Assembly: GCA_022710935.1 (NCBI GenBank)
Contig: JAKLFY010000005.1
Location: 14,087 to 78,086, forward strand
Origin: Verrucomicrobiota bacterium
Lineage (GTDB): Bacteria; Verrucomicrobiota; Verrucomicrobiia; Limisphaerales; J093
Length of the DNA: 64,000 nt
Direction: 5' to 3'
Positions 28,071-38,860 of the stretch are shown piece after piece (the first letter of the stretch is position 1; each line of letters begins with the position of its first letter). The translations under genes and the position numbers were made by a program. The notes below the pieces were generated by a model. It was not told where the DNA came from and made no database searches. It was given only the letters and a program-made list of their open reading frames with translations.

Positions 28071-29246
28071 TCAATAGACGCATTGGCGGGCCGCCTCGGC
28101 CAGGACGCGGAGGTTCTCCGGTGGGGCGTCAAAGAAATGGTCGCACGCAGACAGGATGTAGCCGCCGCCCTCCCCGAAGCCTGCGAACAAACGCTCGACC
28201 TCGACGCGAATATCGTCCGGACGGCCTCGCGTGAGGATGTTGAATTGGTCGAGCCCGCCAATCAGCGCGATCTTGCCGCCAAACGCACGGCGGACCTCGG
28301 CTGGATCGGTCACGTTGCCGCCCACTCCGGGAGGCGCCAGGGTCTCCGAGACATCCGTCTCGTTGGCCAGGATCGCATCGAGGATGTGCATCATCCCGCC
28401 ACAGGTATGGTACGTCGACTTGAGCCCTGCGGCATGAAGGGCGCGGTGCAGGATACGGTCGTAGGGCAGGCAGAACTCGGCATGCATCCTGGGCGAAACG
28501 ACCGTGTCACTGGCAGCACCACCGCCAGTCTCGATCAGGTCGAATCTCGCCCCTCGCAGAGATTGATCGATGAACTGTAGTTTCTTTTCTAGTAATATTC
28601 CAAGTAATGCATGCACCCAGGCAGGATCGTCCATTGCCTTGAGGATCAGTTCCTGGGTGTCCATGAGGCAGCAGGCGTGCTGCCAGCATCCGGACTGGTC
28701 GCCCCAGAGAAAGCCCCGCAGGATTCCGGCGTCGCCCAACTGGTCGTAGGCAGCCGCTATGCGGCGCCGGTCCAGGCGCGGCACCGGCATGAACATGCGG
28801 ATGGTCTCGATGTCCTCGGGGTGCTTGATCAGGTATTCGGTGATCCAAACGGTCTCGGCGTTGGCACCTGTGGCATACTCGAGGACTCCGGCCGGGGTCT
28901 CGATTGAATGGCGGACGATCCTGGTTTCCGGATCGGACTGGTGGATTCGGATTGTCTCGCGCCATTGGGGCGTGTGCTCGATGAGACCCTCGACGTACGG
29001 AGCCCAGAACTGGCCGCCGGGTTCCCAGTACTGAATCGAGGCGTCGAGTCCGCACCACGCGAAGGCTTCGAGCGCGCTCCTGCCCGCCATGTAACGCCGC
29101 AGATGGACATCCTGCCACTGATGAATCGTTGCAGGCAGGCGATCGGGCTTCTGCCGATCGATGGCTCGCAGCATGCGTTCCTTTGATGTCATGGGCGGAT
29201 TGGCCGGGAAGGCATGGGGATTGTGCTCGACGCTCAGGAATGGCAT
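28071..29246 (-). CDS. uroporphyrinogen decarboxylase (URO-D) family protein
   Basis: N-terminus ..MTSKERMLRAIDRQKPDRLP.. and overall URO-D-like layout. Here it sits in a sugar-utilisation context rather than a haem context. Confidence 0.7.
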   Translation of the reverse strand: MPFLSVEHNPHAFPANPPMTSKERMLRAIDRQKPDRLPATIHQWQDVHLRRYMAGRSALEAFAWCGLDASIQYWEPGGQFWAPYVEGLIEHTPQWRETIRIHQSDPETRIVRHSIETPAGVLEYATGANAETVWITEYLIKHPEDIETIRMFMPVPRLDRRRIAAAYDQLGDAGILRGFLWGDQSGCWQHACCLMDTQELILKAMDDPAWVHALLGILLEKKLQFIDQSLRGARFDLIETGGGAASDTVVSPRMHAEFCLPYDRILHRALHAAGLKSTYHTCGGMMHILDAILANETDVSETLAPPGVGGNVTDPAEVRRAFGGKIALIGGLDQFNILTRGRPDDIRVEVERLFAGFGEGGGYILSACDHFFDAPPENLRVLAEAARQCVY

Positions 29247-31714
29247 GGGTCTGAGGGGCGACTCCCTGGCCCGGACATTTCACGCCGCTGCGCTTGATCG
29301 GATGTCCGGCCTTCGCCCGTCATCGGCGCCTCGTGCCAGGGGCCGCCGCGCTCGATCCGGAGGGTCTTGATCTCCCAGGGCTGAAGTTCGAGCGGAATGA
29401 CCGGAGAGCCGTCGACATCGAGTTCGCCGCGGGTGGTCTCGCCGGCAGTCTCCTGAACGCGCACCACCAGTCCCGAGCCGCCCCATGCCGGTTTGCAGGC
29501 CAGGAGTCGGATGTGCCCGGGTGTCAGGCTGAGGAACGGGCGCGCGGCGACGTTGGTGCCGATGGGCAGATGGGCATAAACAGGCGGGGGGGCGCTGAGC
29601 CAGTCGGCGAGACCGGACACGCGGCGCCGGACGGAACCCGGCTCACCGACCGTCACCAGCAGACGAATGTCGTGGACGCCCTGGTCCATGAAGCTGCGCG
29701 AAGGGACCGGACCGATCTGGAAGCCTTGCTCGTGGCAATAGGCGGCGCTGCGCACCACCGAGAGACGCACCTCGCTGTCGGCGAAGTCGTATCCGTTCTG
29801 TCCGTTGTTGATCACGGCAAGGCTAATCGCGCGGCCATCGAGCCGGCCGGTCAGGACAAGCCAGCGGCGATGCACATGCTCCTGGCCGTCGGCGGGCCGC
29901 CGGATGGCGCCGCCCGGCACCTCGCATTCGAGCAAGGGATCGGCCAGGCGCGTGGGCACGGCCAGTTTGAGCCGCCGGCGCTCCTCGTTCCAATGCACGC
30001 GCATCCGAAACTCGAGGACGGGCCACCGGGCGTAGGCGATTGTGTGAGAGACAATCCGGCTTCGGCCGAATTCGAGAACTGCCTCGGTGATGTTGCGCAC
30101 CGGGCCCTGCTCGATCATCCGGACACTTCCCGGCACGCATGCGAACCGGCCCAACTCGACGCGGTAACTCCAGCGATCGGTCCCCCAGGCGTCCCCGTCG
30201 TCGTCCACCACCCGAGGTTCGAGCAGGGGCCCAGCGAGGCACTCGAGCCCGTCTCCGGCGTCGAGGCGCCTGATGAGCCCCGTGTGCGGATCGAGTTCGT
30301 GGGACAGGCAGGGGACGCACGGCTGTTGAGCGCGCGCGCCCTCGAACATGCGCAGTTCGTAATGCGCCGCGCCGACGTGGGGCAGGGCGTCGAGGAAGCT
30401 GACCTTCCGCCGCCAGCCGTTGAAGGGCAGCAACGCCTCAGGCTGTTCCTCCTGGGACGCGATCTCGGCGCCGTCGAGACGGAAAAGGCGCAGATGCCAT
30501 TGGCCGGTCCACATCGGCCGCCAATCGAGCATGGCCTCGAACTCGACCGGCGCCACGGGGCAGGACGGATTCGCATTCAGCACGGTCACAGGGATCGGGA
30601 TCTGGCGGGGCGACCCTTGATTCAAGGAAACGGCTGCAGCCAGGCGCAGGCGGCGGACCTCGTTTTCGACCTCGCCGTACAGTTTGCGCGCATCCTGCTC
30701 GGCCGATCGCACGCACGACCCCGGGAGAATGTCGTGGAAATCGTTGAACAGATGCTTGCGCCAGACGTCGTCGAAGACCTCCGCCGGGTAGGGTTGGGAG
30801 TGCTGCCACCAGGTGGCGGCGCGCCAGGCCTCGGCCTGGGTCAGACCGACAAGGCTCGACTGCGAAAGGCGCTTCAACCGCGCCAGGGAGGTGTAGCAGC
30901 CTGTGAACACGCGCCCGAGTTCGCCCTCGATTCGAGGCGCGGAGGCCAGCCCGGCCTCGAGCGCGTCATAGAGCCGTTCGGTGGTGCTGTGCCGGATTTC
31001 AACGCGTGTTTCCTGACGGGCAAAGTCGTCGATCACCCGCAGATCCTCCCGCGTGGGACCGCCGCCGTGATCGCCGAGCCCCCAGAAGACCGGCACATCG
31101 CGTTCGAGTCGCAGCGCGAGAGCGACCCCTTCCTCGAGCCGTTGGCGCAGGGTGTGGCGCTCGGTATGATAAAGCCCCACGACAATCCGCAGCGCCCCGA
31201 CCTCCGAGCCGTCCAAACCCCGCCAGCGATACAAGTCGGACGGCAGCTTCAGATCCGGTTCCTGCGGTCTCATGTGGATGTAGAACTCGTAGCCCGCGCG
31301 CCTCAACAGTTGGGGCAGTCCGGCGCTGTGGCCGAACGAATCGAAATTGTAGGCGACACGCGGCTCGACCCCGAATTCCTCGCGGAAAAACCGGCGCCCC
31401 TCCTCGATCCCGCGAATCAGCGATTCGGTGTCCGGCAGGTTGACGTCCGGTTGAAGGTACCAGCCGCCGCTCACACACCAGCGTCCGGCCGCGGTCAGGT
31501 CTTGGATCTCGCGGTATAGCCCCGGGGCGTGGTCCTTGACCCAGCGGTAGAGGACCGCTTCGTTGTGATTGAAGACGAGCGCGGGATGCTCCTCGAGGAT
31601 CTCGACCGCCGTCGCGAAGGTGGACAGCGCCGCGGCGCAACCCTCTTCCCAGCGCCATTGCCAGACAGGATCAAGGTGCGCGTTGCAGATCAGATGGACG
31701 ACAGGCTTCGTCAT
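29234..31714 (-). CDS. glycoside hydrolase family 38 alpha-mannosidase
   Basis: HLICNAHLDPVWQWRWEEG, FNHNEAVLYRWV, and 826 aa. Confidence 0.85.
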   Translation of the reverse strand: MTKPVVHLICNAHLDPVWQWRWEEGCAAALSTFATAVEILEEHPALVFNHNEAVLYRWVKDHAPGLYREIQDLTAAGRWCVSGGWYLQPDVNLPDTESLIRGIEEGRRFFREEFGVEPRVAYNFDSFGHSAGLPQLLRRAGYEFYIHMRPQEPDLKLPSDLYRWRGLDGSEVGALRIVVGLYHTERHTLRQRLEEGVALALRLERDVPVFWGLGDHGGGPTREDLRVIDDFARQETRVEIRHSTTERLYDALEAGLASAPRIEGELGRVFTGCYTSLARLKRLSQSSLVGLTQAEAWRAATWWQHSQPYPAEVFDDVWRKHLFNDFHDILPGSCVRSAEQDARKLYGEVENEVRRLRLAAAVSLNQGSPRQIPIPVTVLNANPSCPVAPVEFEAMLDWRPMWTGQWHLRLFRLDGAEIASQEEQPEALLPFNGWRRKVSFLDALPHVGAAHYELRMFEGARAQQPCVPCLSHELDPHTGLIRRLDAGDGLECLAGPLLEPRVVDDDGDAWGTDRWSYRVELGRFACVPGSVRMIEQGPVRNITEAVLEFGRSRIVSHTIAYARWPVLEFRMRVHWNEERRRLKLAVPTRLADPLLECEVPGGAIRRPADGQEHVHRRWLVLTGRLDGRAISLAVINNGQNGYDFADSEVRLSVVRSAAYCHEQGFQIGPVPSRSFMDQGVHDIRLLVTVGEPGSVRRRVSGLADWLSAPPPVYAHLPIGTNVAARPFLSLTPGHIRLLACKPAWGGSGLVVRVQETAGETTRGELDVDGSPVIPLELQPWEIKTLRIERGGPWHEAPMTGEGRTSDQAQRREMSGPGSRPSDPCHS

Positions 31715-31729
31715 GGGTGAAGGCAGGGC

Positions 31730-33505
31730 TCAGGTTTCATCGGCGGCAGGCAGGTTGCGGTACCAGGTGAAGTAAAGCCCAATGCCAAGACCGATGAGCG
31801 CGGCTATCCACAAGGCCATCTCCGGCCAGCGGCGCAGAAACAAATAGAACGGAACCAACGCCAGCGCCATCTGAAACAGCGCAGTCAGGACGCCATTCAG
31901 CAGATCGATCCGCGGCATCGGGTCCCGCGCGGGCACCAACCCTCGCTTGACGGCCTCGGCGCGCACCGGCGCCCAGTATCCGAACGGGCGCACCCTGGCA
32001 TAGAACGCCACCAGGACATCCATGTCCGCCGGCTTGAACAGCATGCCGAAACCGAGGCTGAGCGCCACGCTCGCCAGAACGTCCACCGTCAGTGTGAGAC
32101 TGATGTTCCAGTGCGGGACCAGGAGTTTTTGGAGCAGAATGAACGCCGCGGACGCGGCCATGCTCCAGACAAAGGCTCTGGCGCCGAAACGCCACCAGTG
32201 CCACCGCATCGTGGCCGGCGCCAGGATCATGGTCACCACCACAAAGATCATCGTCTCCCACGCGGAGACGACGTCTTGAAACGCCAGGCTGAAGAGGAAC
32301 CCGAGCGTGATCGCGCCGAGCGAAGCCGCCTGCCCCATCCGCACCAGCCGCTTCTCGGGGAAGTGCCGGGCGAAATAGCGCCGGAGAAAGTCGTTGAGCA
32401 CGACGGAGCTGGTGACGTTGATCATGGCGCTGAGGGTCGACATCAGGGCCGCCAACAAGACCGCCATGAACACCCCGCGCAGGCCCGCGGGCAGACGATC
32501 CAACACCAGCGGCATGATCTTTTCCGCGTCGAACGCGGCCTGCGACCCCAACAGCCCGATGCCGAGCACCAGGAAAGCGAGCCCGAGAAACCACCGGAGC
32601 GTGTAGCCGACGGTCCACAAGCCCGCGGCCAGCGACGCGTCGCGCGGGCTCCGCGTGCTGAGAAAGAACTGGAAATCCCAGACGTTGGGCCCGGCCAGGA
32701 GGCGAAAGATCATCCAGAGAAACCCGGCCATCAGGACCGGTCCAAAGGCCGCATAATGCCTGTAGCTGGCCGGCACCTCCTGAGCGTAGCCCGACCACAG
32801 CGACCACGTGGGAGCCAGGGCGAGCCAGTCTGCGCCCTTCGCTTCGAGCGCGGCGGAGCCAAGGTCGCTGTGAAAGGCCAGGAGCGTCAGCACCACCGCC
32901 CCCAGCGCGATCAGGACGGTCTGGAGCACATCGGTCAGGATCACCCCGAAAAAGCCACCCAGCGTGACATAGAGGCCCACCACGCCGAAGACGATCAGTG
33001 TCGAATGCCAGCGCGGCAGCGGAACAAACTCCTCGACGAACTTGCCGGTCCCGACCGCCATGTACATCAGGTTGCAGATCATGAGCACCAGGAGAAACAG
33101 GGCGGCCGCGATGCGCGCCGCCTCGGCCTCGCGCGTCGCTCCAAAACGCGTCTCGTTCCATTCGGCGAACGTCATGACGCCCGAACGCCGGATATATTTG
33201 GCCTGAAACGCCATGTAGAGGCTGATCATGAACCAGCCCCAGAAGACGTGCGTGATCCAGACGGACTTGAGCCCCAGGTAGAACAGGACCCCCACCATCG
33301 CCATCGTCCCGCCGACGTCGATGTAGCTCGAACAGCCCGAGAGCCCAAGCATCCACCACGGAACGGCCCGATCGGCCAGGTAATAGGAATCGAGCTTCCG
33401 GGTGGCGCGCCGGCGGACAACAAACCCGATCAGCACCAGCGCGGCCAGATAGGAGCCGACGATGCCGAGATCCAGAGCGCCCCAGTCACGTTGCGCGGCA
33501 GGCAT
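31730..33505 (-). CDS. sodium:solute symporter family transporter
   Basis: About 13 TM helices with an SSS-like sequence. The track start at 33538 is TTG; ATG 33505 is used. Confidence 0.8.
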   Translation of the reverse strand: MPAAQRDWGALDLGIVGSYLAALVLIGFVVRRRATRKLDSYYLADRAVPWWMLGLSGCSSYIDVGGTMAMVGVLFYLGLKSVWITHVFWGWFMISLYMAFQAKYIRRSGVMTFAEWNETRFGATREAEAARIAAALFLLVLMICNLMYMAVGTGKFVEEFVPLPRWHSTLIVFGVVGLYVTLGGFFGVILTDVLQTVLIALGAVVLTLLAFHSDLGSAALEAKGADWLALAPTWSLWSGYAQEVPASYRHYAAFGPVLMAGFLWMIFRLLAGPNVWDFQFFLSTRSPRDASLAAGLWTVGYTLRWFLGLAFLVLGIGLLGSQAAFDAEKIMPLVLDRLPAGLRGVFMAVLLAALMSTLSAMINVTSSVVLNDFLRRYFARHFPEKRLVRMGQAASLGAITLGFLFSLAFQDVVSAWETMIFVVVTMILAPATMRWHWWRFGARAFVWSMAASAAFILLQKLLVPHWNISLTLTVDVLASVALSLGFGMLFKPADMDVLVAFYARVRPFGYWAPVRAEAVKRGLVPARDPMPRIDLLNGVLTALFQMALALVPFYLFLRRWPEMALWIAALIGLGIGLYFTWYRNLPAADET

Positions 33506-33695
33506 GACGCAGGTTGAGAAATATCCCGCCCCGGTCAAGGGAAGTTTTCAACGGACGGTCCCAGCCGGCACGCGCAGTGAGGTCAGCCACGGGAGCCAAC
33601 CGCCGAGGACGTTCCATCTGCCCGCGGGTCGAGCGGCCGGCCCGAGGTGGCCGCACCGAGTTGAACGATTCTCATGTCGTCGCTGTCGTTGCTCC

Positions 33696-33740
33696 ATGAA
33701 ACCCGCGCCCAGCAAGGAGAATTGGCTCATCGGTTCAGCA
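33696..33740 (+). repeat. 45-nt dispersed repeat, copy 1
   Basis: ATGAAACCCGCGCCCAGCAAGGAGAATTGGCTCATCGGTTCAGCA. It matches the reverse complement of 52861-52905 at 44 of 45 positions. Confidence 0.9.
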
Positions 33741-33883
33741 ATGCCGGTTCAGAAGACCAGCCATCCGGTGGTCATGCTTTCTTCTTCGCCAAAGACCGCC
33801 ACGATTTCGCCGGTATCCTGTCGAATCCAATCTGGGTATTTGAGTTCAGGATAATTGCTTGCCCCGGGGTCGTCTCTTACCAA

Positions 33884-36800
33884 ATGCTCCGGATAATGCT
33901 CTGGAACATGTGTTGGGTGCCTTTGGCTGTACGGCGGAGTCATTGTTCTTTCTGCCGGCTTCTACTCATAGCCGTGACGGTTGCTGGCTTTGCGGGTGTC
34001 GTCTCGAGTCGTGAAGCACTTGCACAGGGTCTTTCGTTGCCCAAACCCATCGTGCTTGAGGATTTCGAGAATGTTGCCGAGGGTGCCATTCCGGTCGGTT
34101 GGCGCCGGGAGCATCACTCGACGGTTTCCCAATCCACGACCTCCTTGCAGGATTTGAACTCGGTGTCTTACGCAAACTGGCTGGTGGTGAACGCGTCGCG
34201 CTTCCGCACCGCTTTCCAGACCTACTCGAGCCACACGCCGGTCGATTATTCGCGTGTGCTGACCTCCAACCCCGAGAACGTGGTCAATGGCCGGCTGGTG
34301 ACCGAACTGGCGCGGGGGCGAATGCTGTTCAGCGATTCCGGTTATCGGGATGGTGTGCAGGTCATGTACCTCGACACCTCGGATTATGATCTTACCGGCA
34401 GGACGAACGTTCATGTCGCGATGAACAGCCTTTACGAACAGAACCAGGATAACATCGCGGCCCTCGAGTACTCGATCGACCGCGGCGCGAACTGGCTGCC
34501 GGTCGTCTACTATCTGGACTCCAAAGACATTCTCACCACGGCCGGCCAAATCGATGCCGTCAGGACTTTCAACACCCGCTACTCCGACGTGGCGACCTAT
34601 CGCGACCCTGCGACCGGCGCCACGGTCGGCGGCTACTATGGCGCGTTTATCAAAGCCCCTGTTTCGCAGGCTCTCGCGCCGTTCATTGCTGGGCGGACCG
34701 ACGATGACCCCGTCAGTTCAAAGCGGGTGGAGCTCTTCCGCCTGGCGGCGGCGGACAACCAGGCTGCCGTCCGCTTCCGTTTTGCTCATGCGGGCACGGA
34801 TAGCTGGTATTGGGGCATCGACAACTTCGGCCTGTACAGCATTACCCCGGGGCAGATGCCGGTCATTGTGGCCGCTCCAGCCGATCTGGAAGTGACGGCT
34901 GGGCTCGAGGCAACCTTCCGGGTGGTCGCCGCGGGTGTGGAGCCGCTGGCGTATCAGTGGCTGTTCAACGGCACAAACATCGCGGGCGCCACCAATGCGA
35001 TCCTGACCCTGACGCCGGCGGACAACCCGCGGCAGGGAGACTACACCGTGGTCATTTCCAACCTGTTTGGCGTCATCGAGAGCGGCCCGGCCCGGCTGAC
35101 GCTGTCGCACCCCAGGGTGACCGGGCAGTGGGACTTCGATCAGGGCGACCTCCGAGCGACCGTAGGCGCCGACCTCGAGTTCGTTGCCGACACCGCTTCG
35201 GTCGTCTCGTTCGCGCCGGCGGAGTTCCAAGGCGGGGTTGCGGGCGTTATGGAGTATGGCCCGTTTTCACCCCGGCAAGGGCTCTACATGCGCCACGGCG
35301 CAAACCCGAACGGGGGCGGCCGTTTCGTGAATCGTTACACGCTGCTCATGGATGTCAGGTGTGATTTCGAGAGCAGCGGCTCGCTCCGCGCCGTTCTGCA
35401 AACCGATCCCTTCAACCACGACGGGAACGAAGCCGACTTTCTCATCGGCGCCGCCAACGGTCTGGGCGGCCCGAACGGCCTGGGCGCGGACAGCCAATTT
35501 CACGGATCGGCTGCGCCTGACCAGTGGCACCGCATCGCCTTCGCGGCGGACCTTGCCGCCGAACCGGGCCGCCAACTCTCGAAGTACATCGATGGGGTCC
35601 TGGTCGGCCAGCAATCGCTGCCCGGGGGAATCGACGGCCGCTATGCGCTGGGCCCCACGGCATTGCTGTTCACTGGCGGGCTCGCCGCGGAGGCTGCCGC
35701 ATCGGGCGCCGTGAACAGCATCCAATTCGTCGACACCTGGCTCACGCCCGCCGCGATTGCCGAGCTGGGCAACCCGACAGCCCAGGGCCTTCCGCCGGGC
35801 GAACATGCTCTGACGCTCACCCTGGCCGCGTTTGAAGGCGAGGCGCTGCGACTGCAATGGACCGGACCCGCCGGCTGGTACGAGGTGCAGAAGGCCACGA
35901 AGCTCACTCCGCCCGATTGGGAGGTCTGTTCAAACCCGACCAGCAACCACACCATCGTCCTGCAGGGAACTGGGGAAGCCGCCTTCTACCGCGTCCGCCA
36001 ATCCGAAGCGAACATGACCGTTGGCCAACTGCCTGGCGGCGCCCAGTCTCTGCCCAGCATGCAACTGGTCCGCCCCGCGGGCGATTCGCTGCAATTCTCC
36101 GGGCGCCCGGTCGACCTGGCCCTCTCTCCGGACCGGCGAACCGTCTACGTCAAAAACATCAACAACCTGCTGGTGATCGATGCGAACGCCTGGAGAGTGC
36201 GGCAAACACTGCCATACCCGGCTGGCGGCGCCTCGATGCATGGCATCGCCGTGTCCCCGGATGGCCGACGGGTTTACGTCACCGGCGCCGGCAACGAGCT
36301 TTACGAGTGGGGAGTGGATGCCGAGGGCGTGGTGACATTCTCCCGGACCATTGGTCTGCCCGCCGGCTCCTACCCCTGCGGCATTGCGTTGTTTGGGAGC
36401 GGCGACCGCGCCGCCGTATGTCTTTCCATTCCCAATCGGCTGGCCATTGTGAATCTCACCACCGGCACGCTCCTTTCCAGCGTCCGTGTCGGCATTGCCC
36501 CGTGGGACGTCGTGCTTTCGTCTGACGAATCCACGGCGTTCGTTTCGGACTGGGGCGGTCGCTGGCCGGACGCAAACGACCTCAAGGCGCCTTCCGCGGG
36601 AACGCCGGTTGTGGTGGACGAGCGCGGAATTGGGGCGAGCGGCGTGGTGTCCTTTGTCAACCTGGCGGTAAGCCGCGAAACGGGCCAGGTCCCCACCGGT
36701 CTTCATCCGTCAGACCTCGAGCTGTCTCCGGACGGCCGCGCGCTGTATGTCGCCAATGCGAATTCCGATACCGTCACCATCATCGATACCACGACCCGCT

Positions 36801-38512
36801 CCGTGAGGGAGAATGTCCTGGTGCGGCCTGATGACGACTTTCCCTATGGCAGCGCGCCCACCGGGCTCGCGCTGAGCGCGGATGGCTCGCGCCTGTTTGT
36901 CGCGCTCGGGGGAAATAATTGCATCGCCGTCGTGGCCCTCTCTGCCACGCCGGGCGAGAGCGCGGTCACGGGTTTTCTGCCCACCGACTGGTATCCTGGC
37001 GCGGTAGCCGCCGTCCAGGACCGCCTCTACGTGGCAAGCGTGAAGGGACTCGGCTCGCGACTCGGGCAACCCACTGCCACCAGCTACCAGATCGGCGCTC
37101 ACCTCGGAACGGCGAATCGGATCACCATCCCCGACCAGGAAACCCTGAGCAAACTGAGCGCGCGCTCTTTCGAGGACGGGCGGGTGCCGGCCATCCGCCG
37201 CGCTCATGAACGAGGCGTCCCGACCCGCCCGCCCGTGCCGGTGCCCGCTCGGCTTGGAGAACCCTCCGTGTTCGAGCACGTGCTCTATATCCTGAAGGAG
37301 AACAAGACCTACGACCAAATGTTCGGGGACATCAAGGAAGGCAACGGCGACCCCAACCTGTGCATCTACCCGGAATTGGTCTCTCCGAATCACCATGCCC
37401 TCGCCCGGCAGTACGTTCTGCTGGATAATTTCTACTGCAACGGCGTGGTTTCGGCCGATGGACATTCCTGGTCCACCGAAGCCAATGTCACGGACCATCT
37501 CGAGAAGGCGTTTGGCGGGTTTGCCCGCAGCTATACCTTCGGCGACGACCCGCTCACCTATTCTTCGAGCGGGTTTATCTGGGACAATGTCCTCCGCCAC
37601 GGCCTCAGCTTCCGCAATTATGGCGAGATGGACTACGCTTCGCCGTCCGGAAACGAGACCTGGCTGCAGATCCACGACGATTTTGTGAGCGGCCGCAGGT
37701 CGGTCCGCTACCTTCAAAACATCGGCATCGAGAACCTTCGGCGCTGCAGCTCGACGAACGTTCCCGGCTGGAACATGGGGATCCCGGATATCGTCCGGGC
37801 CGACGGTTTCCTCCGCGAGTTGCGCGAGGCTGAGGCCCGGGGCGCCTGGGAGAACTTCAGCTTTCTTTACCTGCCCAACGATCACACCGGCGGCCCGCCA
37901 ACCCCCCGCGCCCAGGTGGCGGATAATGACCTCGCCCTTGGGCGGGTGGTCGAAGCCGTCACGCGCAGTCGCTTCGCCACCAATACGGTCATCTTCGTCA
38001 TCGAAGACGATCCCCAGAGCGGCTACGATCACGTGGACGCGCACCGCTCTCTCTGTTTGGTGATCAGTCCTTACACCCGGCGTGAGGCGGTCATCAGCAC
38101 GTTCTACAACCAGGCTGGGGTCGTCCACACCATGGAGCGCATCCTCGGTCTGCCTCCCATGAACCAGCAGGATGCCATGGCCCCGCTGATGTTCGATTGT
38201 TTCACGGACGTGCCGAACTTCGCGCCCTACACCGCCCGCGCCAACAACATTCCGCTCGACGAGGGTGCTCGGAAGGTGGGTTCCCTTACCCCCGCACAAC
38301 TCCACTGGGCGGCGCAGTTGAAGACAATGGACTTCTCGAAACCCGACCGCATCGATGACGACCTCTTCAATCGGTACATCTGGTTTGCGAACAAGGGCGA
38401 TGCTCCCTATCCCGTGGAGTTTGTGGGAGCGCACGGGAAGGGCCTGAAACAGCTCGGCCTGGTCCTCGCGGCCGGAAGGGCGGATGAGGACGATGAGGAG
38501 GAGGATGACTGA
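33884..38512 (+). CDS. large secreted multidomain protein: N-terminal beta-sandwich, Ig-like, YncE-like beta-propeller and phosphoesterase (PLC/AcpA-type) domains
   Basis: Signal or anchor sequence after ATG 33884. Ig repeat with YQWLFNG. Internal ...EAAFYRVRQSE module. Propeller repeats (LYVANANSDTVTIID, VYVTGAGNELYEW). Phosphoesterase motifs FEHVLYILKENKTYDQMFGD and SADGHSWSTEA. Acidic tail. Confidence 0.8.
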   Translation: MLRIMLWNMCWVPLAVRRSHCSFCRLLLIAVTVAGFAGVVSSREALAQGLSLPKPIVLEDFENVAEGAIPVGWRREHHSTVSQSTTSLQDLNSVSYANWLVVNASRFRTAFQTYSSHTPVDYSRVLTSNPENVVNGRLVTELARGRMLFSDSGYRDGVQVMYLDTSDYDLTGRTNVHVAMNSLYEQNQDNIAALEYSIDRGANWLPVVYYLDSKDILTTAGQIDAVRTFNTRYSDVATYRDPATGATVGGYYGAFIKAPVSQALAPFIAGRTDDDPVSSKRVELFRLAAADNQAAVRFRFAHAGTDSWYWGIDNFGLYSITPGQMPVIVAAPADLEVTAGLEATFRVVAAGVEPLAYQWLFNGTNIAGATNAILTLTPADNPRQGDYTVVISNLFGVIESGPARLTLSHPRVTGQWDFDQGDLRATVGADLEFVADTASVVSFAPAEFQGGVAGVMEYGPFSPRQGLYMRHGANPNGGGRFVNRYTLLMDVRCDFESSGSLRAVLQTDPFNHDGNEADFLIGAANGLGGPNGLGADSQFHGSAAPDQWHRIAFAADLAAEPGRQLSKYIDGVLVGQQSLPGGIDGRYALGPTALLFTGGLAAEAAASGAVNSIQFVDTWLTPAAIAELGNPTAQGLPPGEHALTLTLAAFEGEALRLQWTGPAGWYEVQKATKLTPPDWEVCSNPTSNHTIVLQGTGEAAFYRVRQSEANMTVGQLPGGAQSLPSMQLVRPAGDSLQFSGRPVDLALSPDRRTVYVKNINNLLVIDANAWRVRQTLPYPAGGASMHGIAVSPDGRRVYVTGAGNELYEWGVDAEGVVTFSRTIGLPAGSYPCGIALFGSGDRAAVCLSIPNRLAIVNLTTGTLLSSVRVGIAPWDVVLSSDESTAFVSDWGGRWPDANDLKAPSAGTPVVVDERGIGASGVVSFVNLAVSRETGQVPTGLHPSDLELSPDGRALYVANANSDTVTIIDTTTRSVRENVLVRPDDDFPYGSAPTGLALSADGSRLFVALGGNNCIAVVALSATPGESAVTGFLPTDWYPGAVAAVQDRLYVASVKGLGSRLGQPTATSYQIGAHLGTANRITIPDQETLSKLSARSFEDGRVPAIRRAHERGVPTRPPVPVPARLGEPSVFEHVLYILKENKTYDQMFGDIKEGNGDPNLCIYPELVSPNHHALARQYVLLDNFYCNGVVSADGHSWSTEANVTDHLEKAFGGFARSYTFGDDPLTYSSSGFIWDNVLRHGLSFRNYGEMDYASPSGNETWLQIHDDFVSGRRSVRYLQNIGIENLRRCSSTNVPGWNMGIPDIVRADGFLRELREAEARGAWENFSFLYLPNDHTGGPPTPRAQVADNDLALGRVVEAVTRSRFATNTVIFVIEDDPQSGYDHVDAHRSLCLVISPYTRREAVISTFYNQAGVVHTMERILGLPPMNQQDAMAPLMFDCFTDVPNFAPYTARANNIPLDEGARKVGSLTPAQLHWAAQLKTMDFSKPDRIDDDLFNRYIWFANKGDAPYPVEFVGAHGKGLKQLGLVLAAGRADEDDEEEDD

Positions 38513-38860
38513 GTTACTGCCCCGTCGAGAAGGTTGAAGCTTACGCCAGCGGCAATGCCAATTCGCCTGGCTTCAACCGGCTCGCCCAAGGTGACAAAGG
38601 CGCCGTTCGGCACAACCGAAAGTCGAATTACGCCATGGCGGATGGAAGCGGTTCGCTCCTGGACCCCGGGCGCATCGCCACGCGCATCTCGCCGGAGCCA
38701 CGCCAGCCTCTTTTCCTGCGTTGCCTCGCATCCACTGGCAAAGGCCGATGAGGAAACGGGCCCCGATCCTCGATTCGCAACGTGTGCGCGGTGCGGGCCA
38801 ACCGCGATGCCAGCCCAGCGACTGGACCATACAGATTCCTGTTTTTCGGGACCGACCCCT

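Noticed and set aside
38520-38860. A minus-strand frame reading ...WLRRDARGDAPGVQERTASIRHGVIRLSVVPNGAFVTLGEPVEARRIGIAAGVSF..., considered as a possible remnant of a restriction endonuclease partner for dcm-vsr.
   Set aside because: It has no start, no recognisable motif, and overlaps the end of gene 33884-38512. I cannot support it as a gene fragment without a database search.
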